Source: an uncultured Prolixibacteraceae bacterium (GTDB lineage Bacteria > Bacteroidota > Bacteroidia > Bacteroidales > Prolixibacteraceae). Taken from it: a DNA stretch of 64,000 bases. The position numbers were made by a program, and so were the translations under genes. The notes under the pieces were generated by a model. It saw only the letters and a program-made list of their open reading frames with translations. It searched no databases and was not told the DNA's origin. This document shows positions 9,714-18,861 of the stretch, piece by piece (the stretch's first letter is position 1; the number at the start of each line of letters is the position of its first letter). Where the stretch lies: the NCBI GenBank assembly GCA_964461455.1, contig CAYWUJ010000008.1, positions 1,638 to 65,637 of the forward strand, written 5' to 3'.

Positions 9714-11267
9714 TTATTTCAATCTCATAAACAGATTCTTCATGCTTACCTTCTCTGCCACGATCTCCCTGATCCTTTCCACCGGGATCCGCTCCTGCTC
9801 CATGGTATCGCGGGTGCGGATGGTCACCGTATCGTCCTGTTCGGTCTGGTGGTCGATGGTAATGCAGAAGGGGGTGCCGATGGCATCCTGGCGGCGGTAG
9901 CGCTTGCCGATGGAGTCCTTTTCGTCGTACTGGCAGTTGAAGTCGAACTTCAGTCTGTCGATGATTTCGCGGGCTTTTTCGGGCTGCCCGTCTTTTTTCA
10001 CCAGCGGAAGCACCGCCAGCTTCACGGGGGCCAGGGCCGGAGGAATGCGCAATACCGTGCGGATGTCCTTTTCCCCGTTGGCGCCCGTCACCTCCTCTTC
10101 ATGGTAGGAGGCGGCGATCACCTGCAGGAACATGCGGTCGACCCCGATGGAGGTCTCCACCACATAGGGAATGTAGGATTCGTTTTTCTCGGGATCGAAA
10201 TAGCGGAGCTTCTTTCCCGAATATTGTTCGTGTTGCGACAGGTCGAAATCGGTACGTGAGTGGATGCCTTCCACCTCCTTGAACCCGAAGGGGAAGCGGT
10301 ATTCGATGTCAACGGCGGCGTTGGCGTAATGGGCCAGTTTCTCGTGCTCATGGAAGCGGTAGTTCTCACTGCCGAAGCCCAGGGCCTGGTGCCACTTCAT
10401 GCGGGCTTCCCTCCAGGTGCGGAACCAGTCGAGTTCCGTCCCCGGTTCCACGAAAAACTGCATCTCCATCTGTTCGAACTCGCGCATGCGGAAGATGAAC
10501 TGCCGGGCGACGATTTCATTACGGAAAGCCTTGCCGATCTGGGCGATTCCGAAGGGGATCTTCATACGCCCGCTCTTCTGGACGTTGAGGTAGTTGACAA
10601 AGATGCCCTGGGCGGTTTCCGGGCGCAGGAAAATCTTCATGGCTCCGTCGGCAGTGGAGCCCATATCGGTGGAAAACATCAGGTTAAACTGCCTCACTTC
10701 GGTCCAGTTGCGGGTTCCCGACACCGGACAGACGATCTCCTGGTCGACGATGATCTGGCGCAGCTCCTCCAGGTTGCTGTCGTTGAGGGCCCGGGCAAAA
10801 CGGCTGTGCAGCCCGTCCCATTTCTCCTGGTTTTCAAGAACCCTCGCGTTGGTGGCCCTGAACTGACCCTCATCAAAGGCATCGCCAAACCGCTTCCGGG
10901 CTTTATCGACCTCCTTGGTGATCTTGTCTTCGATTTTGGCCAGCTGCTCCTCGATGAGCACGTCGGCACGGTACCGCTTCTTGGAGTCCTTGTTATCGAT
11001 CAGCGGATCGTTGAAGGCATCAACATGGCCCGAAGCCTTCCAGATGGTGGGGTGCATGAAGATGGCCGAATCGATGCCCACCACATTCTCATGCAGCAGA
11101 ATCATGCTGTCCCACCAGTATTTCTTGATATTGTTCTTCAGCTCAACGCCATACTGGCCGTAGTCGTATACCGCTGAAAGGCCGTCATAGATTTCGCTGG
11201 ATTGAAAAACGTAGCCATACTCCTTGCAATGGGCTACCAGTTTTTTGAAGAGATCTTCCTGAGCCAT
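9714..11267 (-). CDS. glyQS: Glycine--tRNA ligase (alpha2 type)
   Basis: LRPETAQGIF, FRNEI, REFEQMEMQFF and SIGKRYRRQDAIGTP motifs. Confidence 0.97.
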   Translation of the reverse strand: MAQEDLFKKLVAHCKEYGYVFQSSEIYDGLSAVYDYGQYGVELKNNIKKYWWDSMILLHENVVGIDSAIFMHPTIWKASGHVDAFNDPLIDNKDSKKRYRADVLIEEQLAKIEDKITKEVDKARKRFGDAFDEGQFRATNARVLENQEKWDGLHSRFARALNDSNLEELRQIIVDQEIVCPVSGTRNWTEVRQFNLMFSTDMGSTADGAMKIFLRPETAQGIFVNYLNVQKSGRMKIPFGIAQIGKAFRNEIVARQFIFRMREFEQMEMQFFVEPGTELDWFRTWREARMKWHQALGFGSENYRFHEHEKLAHYANAAVDIEYRFPFGFKEVEGIHSRTDFDLSQHEQYSGKKLRYFDPEKNESYIPYVVETSIGVDRMFLQVIAASYHEEEVTGANGEKDIRTVLRIPPALAPVKLAVLPLVKKDGQPEKAREIIDRLKFDFNCQYDEKDSIGKRYRRQDAIGTPFCITIDHQTEQDDTVTIRTRDTMEQERIPVERIREIVAEKVSMKNLFMRLK

Positions 11268-11402
11268 GTTATATTATTTCTGAATTTTAGACCGGCAAAA
11301 ATAAGGGATAAATCAACACAAAGGGCATGCCGGGGATTTAATATCCTGTGGGGGCCGGGGTGTGTTTAACAGAAAATCAGGAAAGCCACCTGAGGGAATG
11401 GT

Positions 11403-11681
11403 TTATTCGACCTCTTCAAAATCAACGTATTCCCCCTCGCTGTTTTTGGCGGGATGATTCTTATTGCGGTTGTTTTCGAGGGTCACCTCTCCTTCAGAGC
11501 GCTGACTGCGCTGTTGCTGCCGGAACTGCTCTTCCATGCGCGACTGCATGTTTTTCATGGTTTTGTTCATCAGAAGGGGGAGCACATACCGGGAAACCAG
11601 CCTGAACCCATACCAGATCACCATGATAATGAGCAGGGTTCTGAGAAAAGAAACAATGGTCAGTAAAACAAAAAGGGTCAT
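11403..11681 (-). CDS. Small membrane protein, DUF4834-like
   Basis: N-terminal TM helix, Q-rich middle and C-terminal GEYVDFEEV. Confidence 0.75.
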   Translation of the reverse strand: MTLFVLLTIVSFLRTLLIIMVIWYGFRLVSRYVLPLLMNKTMKNMQSRMEEQFRQQQRSQRSEGEVTLENNRNKNHPAKNSEGEYVDFEEVE

Positions 11682-11743
11682 TTTAATTCAGCATCTAAAT
11701 GCAATCGCACAATGCGATTTGCGGGGGCAAAATTAATGCTTTT

Positions 11744-12460
11744 TTATTTCTTAATGATATTTCCGCCTGACGAGGTGTTGATGTTGAGTTGTTTTGGTGT
11801 GCCCAAGTAGAAGATATTTCCGCCACTGGAGGCGTCGGCGGTGAGTTCGTTGTTCACGGCAACCCATACGTTCCCACCACTGGAGGCCGATACGTCACAT
11901 TTTGAGGAGAAGAGGTCCCCCGCCCTGATGTTGGCCCCTGAGGAGGTCCTGATGGAGGATTCCCTGGCCGATCCTTCCATGCGGATGTTGGACCCCGAGG
12001 AGGCGTGAACTTCCACCTGCTGGCCGTCGATTTCAAGCCTCAGGTTACTCCCTGCCGATCCCTTGATGGTCAGATTTTCGCTGACCAGCCGGTTTTTCGT
12101 GGTAATGCTGCTCCCCGCAGTCCCGGAAATCTCTTCCAGATCCTTCACGGTGACCACCACCTTTTTCTCGCTGGCCTTCCAGATATTGGCCAGTGCCTTC
12201 ACCTCCAGGATTCCGTTTTCCACATGGGTCTCTATCAGCTTGTGCAGATTCGCATCGGCAATCACCCGCACGTTCTGTTCCTCGCCCTGAACCAGCTCCA
12301 CTTCCATCCCGCTGGTCACACTAACACCCGTGAATTCATCCACCTTCCGCTCAACACTCTTTACCTGTCCGTCACCCTTGACCGAAGGCCCCATAAAGAG
12401 ACAGGAACTCATGAGAGTGCCCGTGAAAATCATCGTTACAAATAAAACCAACCGCCTCAT
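11744..12460 (-). CDS. Head-GIN/DUF2807 domain lipoprotein
   Basis: Lipobox-like LMSSC and repeated (A)SSG(S/G)N beta-helix motifs. Confidence 0.8.
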   Translation of the reverse strand: MRRLVLFVTMIFTGTLMSSCLFMGPSVKGDGQVKSVERKVDEFTGVSVTSGMEVELVQGEEQNVRVIADANLHKLIETHVENGILEVKALANIWKASEKKVVVTVKDLEEISGTAGSSITTKNRLVSENLTIKGSAGSNLRLEIDGQQVEVHASSGSNIRMEGSARESSIRTSSGANIRAGDLFSSKCDVSASSGGNVWVAVNNELTADASSGGNIFYLGTPKQLNINTSSGGNIIKK

Positions 12461-12615
12461 AACTTTATTTCTTTGTTGCCGTTTTATGTCTTACAAACAT
12501 ATCACCATCATCCTCAAAACAGCACTACTTTTCGCCGAATGGGGGAAAATTACCGGTGAACCTCATTATTGCCGCCGGTTTTGCTAATTTTGCCGCCATA
12601 ATAAAATTTAAACAC

Positions 12616-14289
12616 ATGAAGATCAGGAGATTTTTAATTGCCTTTATTCTGGTCGCGGCCTCAGGCATTGCCCTGTTCAGTTTCACCAATGATCAGAAGA
12701 ATTTTGAAATTGCCAAGAACCTCGATATATACTACTCCCTGTTCAGGGAGCTGAACACCTTTTATGTCGATGAAATAAATCCTAACACGCTGGTAAAGAC
12801 CAGTATCGACAAGATGCTGGAATCACTCGATCCTTACACGAATTACATTTCGGAGGCCGATGTGGAGGATTTCAAATTCATGACCACCGGGGAGTATGCC
12901 GGGATTGGTGCCCTGATCAGCAAACAGAAGGACCAGATCATCATTGCCGAGCCGTATGAGGGGTTTCCTGCCCAGAAAGCCGGACTGAAAGCCGGTGATA
13001 TTATCCTGGAGGTGGAGGGAAAAACCACGGCAACCATGACTACCGAGGATGTCAGCAACCTGCTCAAGGGACCGGCCATGAAACCCGTAAAGGTGAAGAT
13101 ACAGCGCCCCGGCGAGAAGAAGAGTTTTGAAGTCGACGTGGTCAGGGAGAAAATCACCATCGATCCTGTTCCCTGGTATGGCATGGTCGATGACAAGACG
13201 GCCTACATCAGGCTTTCCAATTTCACCCAGAATTGCGGTGATGAGGTGAAAAAGGCCTATACGGAACTGAAAAGAGAGCATGCCCCGGAGTCCCTGATCC
13301 TCGATCTGCGTTCCAATCCCGGGGGATTGCTCATTGAATCGGTGAAGATCATGAACCTGTTTGTTCCCCGGGGATCAGAGATCGTGAGCACCCGCGGAAA
13401 GGTGAAGGAGTGGGACAATGTATACAAAGCCACGCAGCAGCCTCTTGATACCACGGTACGGATTGCCGTCCTCACCAACAGGGGGTCGGCATCGGCGTCG
13501 GAAATCATTGCCGGGGCCATGCAGGATCTGGACCGCGGATTGATCATCGGGACCAGGACCTTTGGTAAGGGGTTGGTGCAGACCACCCGCGACCTGAGTT
13601 ACAACACCAAGCTGAAGGTGACCACCGCCAAGTATTATATCCCCAGTGGCCGGTGCATCCAGGCTCTTGACTATTCCCACCGCAATGAGGACGGAAGTGT
13701 CGGCGTGGTTCCCGATTCCCTGATTTCGGAATTTGCCACAAAGAACGGCCGCAAGGTGTTTGACGGAGGAGGCGTGGTTCCCGACATCAAGGTGGACCAG
13801 GAGGAGTTGAGTAGCCTCGCCATTGAGCTGGTCACCAGTTTCATCCTCTTCGACTATGCCACCCACTATGCCGCCAAAACCCCCACGATTCCCCAGCCCG
13901 AAGCGTTTGTCATCACCGGCGATATCTACGACGATTTTATTGCTTATGTAAAAAACAGCAGTTTCAAATATGACTCTGACACGGAGGAGGCCTTTGCCAG
14001 CCTGCTGAAAACGGCCCGCGATGAGAAATATTATGATGTGGCCTCTGCGGAGTTCAAGGCCCTGGAAGCCAGGCTGACCCCTGACCTCGACAAGGATTTG
14101 CGGCTCTTCCAAAAGGAGATCAGTCAACTGCTCAAGGATGAGATTGTGGGCAGGTATTATTACCAAAAGGGGGCCATCAGGGCTACCCTGGGCGAAGATC
14201 CCGACATTCTCAGGGCCCGGGAGATCCTGAAAGACCAGGCGGCTTATGCCCGTTATTTCACCCCGGGCACGGTGATCTCGGCCAACTGA
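12616..14289 (+). CDS. S41 family C-terminal processing peptidase
   Basis: LDPYT, PDZ region GIGA, DLRSNPGG, SASASEI (catalytic Ser) and TFGKGLVQ. Start set at ATG 12616, which begins a signal peptide. Confidence 0.93.
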   Translation: MKIRRFLIAFILVAASGIALFSFTNDQKNFEIAKNLDIYYSLFRELNTFYVDEINPNTLVKTSIDKMLESLDPYTNYISEADVEDFKFMTTGEYAGIGALISKQKDQIIIAEPYEGFPAQKAGLKAGDIILEVEGKTTATMTTEDVSNLLKGPAMKPVKVKIQRPGEKKSFEVDVVREKITIDPVPWYGMVDDKTAYIRLSNFTQNCGDEVKKAYTELKREHAPESLILDLRSNPGGLLIESVKIMNLFVPRGSEIVSTRGKVKEWDNVYKATQQPLDTTVRIAVLTNRGSASASEIIAGAMQDLDRGLIIGTRTFGKGLVQTTRDLSYNTKLKVTTAKYYIPSGRCIQALDYSHRNEDGSVGVVPDSLISEFATKNGRKVFDGGGVVPDIKVDQEELSSLAIELVTSFILFDYATHYAAKTPTIPQPEAFVITGDIYDDFIAYVKNSSFKYDSDTEEAFASLLKTARDEKYYDVASAEFKALEARLTPDLDKDLRLFQKEISQLLKDEIVGRYYYQKGAIRATLGEDPDILRAREILKDQAAYARYFTPGTVISAN

Positions 14290-14291
14290 TG

Positions 14292-15311
14292 TTACAGGGC
14301 TGACCGGAACTGCCGCAGAAAGCGGACGTCATTCTCGAAATAGAGGCGGATGTCTTTCACGCCGTAGAGAAGCATGGTGATGCGTTCGATGCCCATTCCA
14401 AAGGCATAGCCGGTATATTTCCTGCTGTCGATATTGCAGGCTTCCAGAACGTTAGGGTCGACCATGCCGCATCCCAGGATTTCGAGCCACCCGGTATACT
14501 TGCAAAGGTTGCACCCCTTTCCCCCACAAATGGAGCAGCTCACGTCCATTTCTGCCGAGGGTTCCGTGAAGGGAAAATAGGAGGGCCTCAGGCGTATTTC
14601 CGTTTCCTCGCCGAAGAGTTCCCGGGCAAAATAAAGCAGGGTCTGCTTCAGGTCGGCAAAGGAGACATTCTCGTCGACATACAGGCCTTCCACCTGGTGA
14701 AATATACAGTGTGAACGTGCCGAGATGGCCTCATTGCGGAATACCCTTCCGGGGAAGATGGCCCGTATGGGAGGCTGCGTGCGCTCCATCACCCTGATCT
14801 GAACACTGGAAGTGTGGGTGCGCAGCAATACGTCGGGATCCTTCTCAATGAAAAAAGTGTCCTGCATGTCGCGTGCCGGGTGTTCCGGGGGAAAATTGAG
14901 GGCCGAGAAGACATGCCAGTCATCCTCGATCTCGGGACCTTCGGCTACCGTGAACCCCAGATGCCCGAATATGTCGGTGATCCTGTTGCGGACAATCGCC
15001 AGGGGATGCCGTGACCCCAGGCCCAACGGATCGCCGGGAGCCGTAAGGTCGCCACTGCTCTCTCCTTCATGGCGGGTTTCCAAAATCTCCTTCAGCTGGT
15101 TGATTTTCTCCTGGGCGCTGTTCTTCAGCTCGTTGAGGGCTTTCCCCACTTCCTTCTTCATCGCCGGATCCACATCACGGAACTCATCAAAAAGCTGGCT
15201 GATGATCCCTTTCTTGCTGATATACCGGATGCGCAACTCCTCAAGCATGGCCACCGTTTCGGGAGCTGCCGCTTCTATCTCCCTTTTCAGGGCCTTGATC
15301 TTTTCTAACAT
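14292..15311 (-). CDS. pheS: Phenylalanine--tRNA ligase alpha subunit
   Basis: HPARDMQDTF, LRTHTSSVQ, YFPFTEPSAE and FGMGIER motifs. Confidence 0.97.
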   Translation of the reverse strand: MLEKIKALKREIEAAAPETVAMLEELRIRYISKKGIISQLFDEFRDVDPAMKKEVGKALNELKNSAQEKINQLKEILETRHEGESSGDLTAPGDPLGLGSRHPLAIVRNRITDIFGHLGFTVAEGPEIEDDWHVFSALNFPPEHPARDMQDTFFIEKDPDVLLRTHTSSVQIRVMERTQPPIRAIFPGRVFRNEAISARSHCIFHQVEGLYVDENVSFADLKQTLLYFARELFGEETEIRLRPSYFPFTEPSAEMDVSCSICGGKGCNLCKYTGWLEILGCGMVDPNVLEACNIDSRKYTGYAFGMGIERITMLLYGVKDIRLYFENDVRFLRQFRSAL

Positions 15312-15344
15312 CTGCGGGAATTTTGAAATGCAAAAATAACATCC

Positions 15345-16259
15345 CTACTTTAATTCCAGTACCGTGGTACCGATATTGTTTCCATCGGCAAAGACATCAA
15401 TGGAATAATTCCCGGGAACGAGCGCTGATTCGCCCTTATTATCCCAATATATGGCCACGGGGATGTCGTTTCCTTCATAGTTGATCTCCCTGGTGGCCGT
15501 ATAGGGGATTTTGAGGTCTTCGAACCGGAAGGTGTCGTTGGGGTTCTTGTTAAGCAGGAGCTGGTCAGGACGCATGATGCGGATGTAGATATTTTTTGCG
15601 CCTCTTTTGGCGGTCACATTCTGGCCGATGATCATGTTTACCCTGATCATGACCGTGCGGTCGGCAAACCGGGTATCCTTATTCCTGTCGTTCATGCCTG
15701 CTGCCGTCAGCTCCCTGACTTCCAGGGTAGCCGCCAGTTTCAGGTTCTCTTGCAGCTGTTCCTTTTCCTGGGTCAGCGCGACATTCCGGGTCTCCACCTC
15801 CCTGGCCTGTTCCTTCACCTCCAGGTTTTCAGCCATGAGCAGCTGGTTGCGGCGGTTCAAAGAGTCGATCTGGACAATATAATTCCGCATGATGTCGCGC
15901 AGCGTGGTCACCTCCTTCTGGTACTTGCCGATTCTGTCGAGGCTGACCCTGCGGGTCTGCTCCACTTCCAGGAGCAGGTCCTTCACCCGTGTCTGGGCCA
16001 TGTATATCTGCTGACTGAGGGTGTCGTTTTCCACCTTCAGACTGTCGTAGCCTTCAATGATACGGGTAAGCTCCACCTGAACGGAATCTTTCTGTGACGA
16101 GATCTGCCCGACAATAATCCGGTTGCTCCTCCTCTGGGCGAAAAAGAGAAAAAGCATCACCGCAAGGATGACCACCAGGAGGATGACAATGATGTTGTTC
16201 CTCCGGTCTTTAGGGGAGGCCCCTAAGAAACCGCCTTTGTTTCCGGTCTCGTAATTCAT
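15345..16259 (-). CDS. Membrane-anchored coiled-coil hypothetical protein
   Basis: N-terminal TM helix, long heptad-rich region and beta-rich C-terminal domain. Confidence 0.7.
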   Translation of the reverse strand: MNYETGNKGGFLGASPKDRRNNIIVILLVVILAVMLFLFFAQRRSNRIIVGQISSQKDSVQVELTRIIEGYDSLKVENDTLSQQIYMAQTRVKDLLLEVEQTRRVSLDRIGKYQKEVTTLRDIMRNYIVQIDSLNRRNQLLMAENLEVKEQAREVETRNVALTQEKEQLQENLKLAATLEVRELTAAGMNDRNKDTRFADRTVMIRVNMIIGQNVTAKRGAKNIYIRIMRPDQLLLNKNPNDTFRFEDLKIPYTATREINYEGNDIPVAIYWDNKGESALVPGNYSIDVFADGNNIGTTVLELK

Positions 16260-16411
16260 TACCGATCAATTCATTTATTCCGTTCCAAAAGTAGTAACTT
16301 TTTTGGGACCGGACAATCGCGAACCGGCTAATCACATGCGCCGGGGAGGTTGCGCCGGTACCTGTTGCCTGACCCCTGTCCGGGGGGTGTATTTATATCC
16401 CCCGGGGATCG

Positions 16412-16699
16412 TCATTTTTTCACCTCCGAGGAGAGCTGATCCAGGGCATTGTCGGCCACTTCATACAGTTTGTCGACCACTGATTTCAGGTACTGCCTGT
16501 TGAGTGCGGGATTGTCCTTACCATCGGGGTGGTTGACCATGGTGCGGAGTTCCCGGTGACGGAACATCACTTCCCGGGCGATGGCATTGATTTTCTCCTT
16601 GTTTGCCTCGGGATAGTGCTCCTGTACAAACATGCAATCTTCGAGCACCAGCGAGAGCAAAAGGTCGATGTCTTTCTTCAGGGAACGGATACTGGCCAT
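16412..16699 (-). CDS. Conserved hypothetical protein (MASIRSLKKDI...)
   Basis: Start placed at ATG 16699; the R..VNHPDGK motif resembles small Bacteroidales proteins. Confidence 0.7.
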   Translation of the reverse strand: MASIRSLKKDIDLLLSLVLEDCMFVQEHYPEANKEKINAIAREVMFRHRELRTMVNHPDGKDNPALNRQYLKSVVDKLYEVADNALDQLSSEVKK

Positions 16700-16770
16700 G
16701 GCTATAATTTTTAGTTTCCCAAACTTAATCATTTTTTGCAATCTTCCGGGGAGCAGAATCCGACGGGGAA

Positions 16771-16820
16771 CAGAATCTTCCAAGTGATGTCAGAATCTTC
16801 CAAGTGATATCAGAATCTTC
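16771..16820. repeat. 2.5 tandem 20-bp repeats spanning a stop codon
   Basis: CAGAATCTTCCAAGTGATGT CAGAATCTTCCAAGTGATAT CAGAATCTTC; ATCTTCCGGGGAG at 16741 also matches the gene end. Confidence 0.9.
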
Positions 16821-18750
16821 CGGGGAGGCCCAGGGGCATTCCCTCTTCATTGCCGGGGACTTCCTTTTCCATTTCCGAGTCACGGCGTTGCTGTTCCTTT
16901 TGCTGTTTCAGGAGGAGCTCCTCTTCTTCCTTGTCGATGAGTTGTTTCCGGAAGGTGGGATCGGGCTTCAGGTCCCACTGGAACTGGTTCTCCCAGTTGG
17001 ACCTGACTTTAACGATCTCGGGAAGATAAGCGACCCTTTCGGGTTGCTGCCGGCCTGTGAAAACCCCGGGATCCCACCGGCCGTTGCCATTGCGGTCAAA
17101 GATGATTCTGACCTTGTATTTTGAGGGAGACAGAAAGTCAAAGGTGACCTGGCCGTTCCCGGTGACACGAAGCTGGCGGAGGACCTTTTCCTCCTTGCTG
17201 TTGTCGAGGAGTTCCGCAATAAGGGGGCCTTCGGCCGAGGTCAGGTTGAGGATGATCTTTCCGTAGAAGTCCTCTTTCTGGGTGGTGAACTGTTTTCTGA
17301 CCTTTTGGCTGACCACCCCGTAGATGGTGGTGGCCGCTGCTGAGTCGATTTCCAGGAGGTAGCTGGTTTCGGCCTCCCAGGGCCATTCAACGCGGGTGGT
17401 GCGCCATGCCAGGGTATCTTCGGAAATGACGGGTTTCAGAAGGGTGGTGTCTTTTTCCAGGATGCTGTACAGACGTACCGCCGTGGTGTCGAAGCTCTTC
17501 ACCGGTTCGGGAGCCAGCAGGAGAATGGGGAGGTTCAGGTCAAAGCCTGCGGTTTTTATGTTGTCGGAATAGGAAAACAGGGGAGTCTGGGGCGTGCCGT
17601 CCTCTTTTTTGCGCTTCCGGGTTTCCTGTTTTTCCTTGTCGGTATAAATCAGGGGTATGGTATCCTTCTGCAGGTAATTTTGGCGAAGGGAGTCGAGCTG
17701 GTTATAGGAGATTTCGAGGGTCAGGGTGTCCATGCGGGCCACCAGGGTGTCGGTGATCCACACCGTCAGCGAGTCCCACTCCTGGTTGTGTTCGATGATG
17801 TGCCAATTTTCCGCATCGTGGCTGAGCAAACGGAGTCCCAGGGTATCCCTGACCGGTTCCCCGAAAACGAAGGTACACTTGTAGCGGGTGTCACGCACCG
17901 ATTTGTCGAGAAACTGCTCGTAGAAATCCTCGGTAAAGGTTCTCAGGGTGATGGGGTCGGGTTTGAATGTGGTATGGCCGGAAATGAGCAGCGAGTCGGC
18001 GCCCACGGCCAGGGTGTCGGGGGCGGCCACATATTCTGCCGTGGGGATCACCAGGGAGTCGGCAAAGGCAAACTCCTCGGCTCCCGGGTCATAGCGCAGA
18101 TTGTTGTTGGCATCATTGACGGCATAAAGACGGTAGCTCCCGGCCTTGATGTTGTCGAACAGAAAAAGACCCCGGGCATCGGTGCGGGCGATATAGTCGG
18201 GAGTGGTGCGGGTGATGGCGCTATCTTCCTGACTGGCATGGAGCATGACGATCACCTTTTCCATGGGGTCGAGGTGGGCGGCATCCTTGACCATCCCCGC
18301 CACCCTGAGGGTGTCGATCTCATCACCGGTACTGAACAACATCCGCAACCCCGGATAGGGATTTCTCTCATTGTTGTCGGCCACGGAATTCTTGAAATCG
18401 AGGGAATAGGTCACCCCGGGTTTCAGCTCTTCGTTAAAGGAGACAATCAGTGATTTTGCCTTGGTCCTCACGGTAGGACGTTTCGTCAGGGGAGGCGAGA
18501 CCACCAGCTCTTCCGACACTTCGTCGGGGATAATATATTCGTTAAAGGTCAGCCGCACCTCTTTTCCCGAGAAGCCGGTGCTTCTGAGGGCAGGGAAGGT
18601 CTCCACCAGCACCGGGGGAATGGAATCACGGGGACCGCCGGTGGGCATGCCCTGGTTGGCGCACCTGCCGAAGAATAATAATCCTGACAGGACAATGGCC
18701 GCCACGATGGGACAGTGCCGCCCTGCTCTTTTCAGCAATCGGTTGTTCAT
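16810..18750 (-). CDS. Ig-like (Big_5) domain lipoprotein, conserved in Bacteroidota
   Basis: CAN.GMPTGGPRDSIPP and D.NGNGRWDPG....QPE motifs; TATGTTTG upstream favours ATG 18750 as start. Confidence 0.8.
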   Translation of the reverse strand: MNNRLLKRAGRHCPIVAAIVLSGLLFFGRCANQGMPTGGPRDSIPPVLVETFPALRSTGFSGKEVRLTFNEYIIPDEVSEELVVSPPLTKRPTVRTKAKSLIVSFNEELKPGVTYSLDFKNSVADNNERNPYPGLRMLFSTGDEIDTLRVAGMVKDAAHLDPMEKVIVMLHASQEDSAITRTTPDYIARTDARGLFLFDNIKAGSYRLYAVNDANNNLRYDPGAEEFAFADSLVIPTAEYVAAPDTLAVGADSLLISGHTTFKPDPITLRTFTEDFYEQFLDKSVRDTRYKCTFVFGEPVRDTLGLRLLSHDAENWHIIEHNQEWDSLTVWITDTLVARMDTLTLEISYNQLDSLRQNYLQKDTIPLIYTDKEKQETRKRKKEDGTPQTPLFSYSDNIKTAGFDLNLPILLLAPEPVKSFDTTAVRLYSILEKDTTLLKPVISEDTLAWRTTRVEWPWEAETSYLLEIDSAAATTIYGVVSQKVRKQFTTQKEDFYGKIILNLTSAEGPLIAELLDNSKEEKVLRQLRVTGNGQVTFDFLSPSKYKVRIIFDRNGNGRWDPGVFTGRQQPERVAYLPEIVKVRSNWENQFQWDLKPDPTFRKQLIDKEEEELLLKQQKEQQRRDSEMEKEVPGNEEGMPLGLPGRF

Positions 18751-18861
18751 GATCTTCTTACGGTCAGATGGTGGTATAATTCGTGCTACAAACATACAAA
18801 TTCCCTGAAAAACCTTTTTTATTCCCGATTAGCTTTTATACTTTCAACCAAATTTTCAAAG

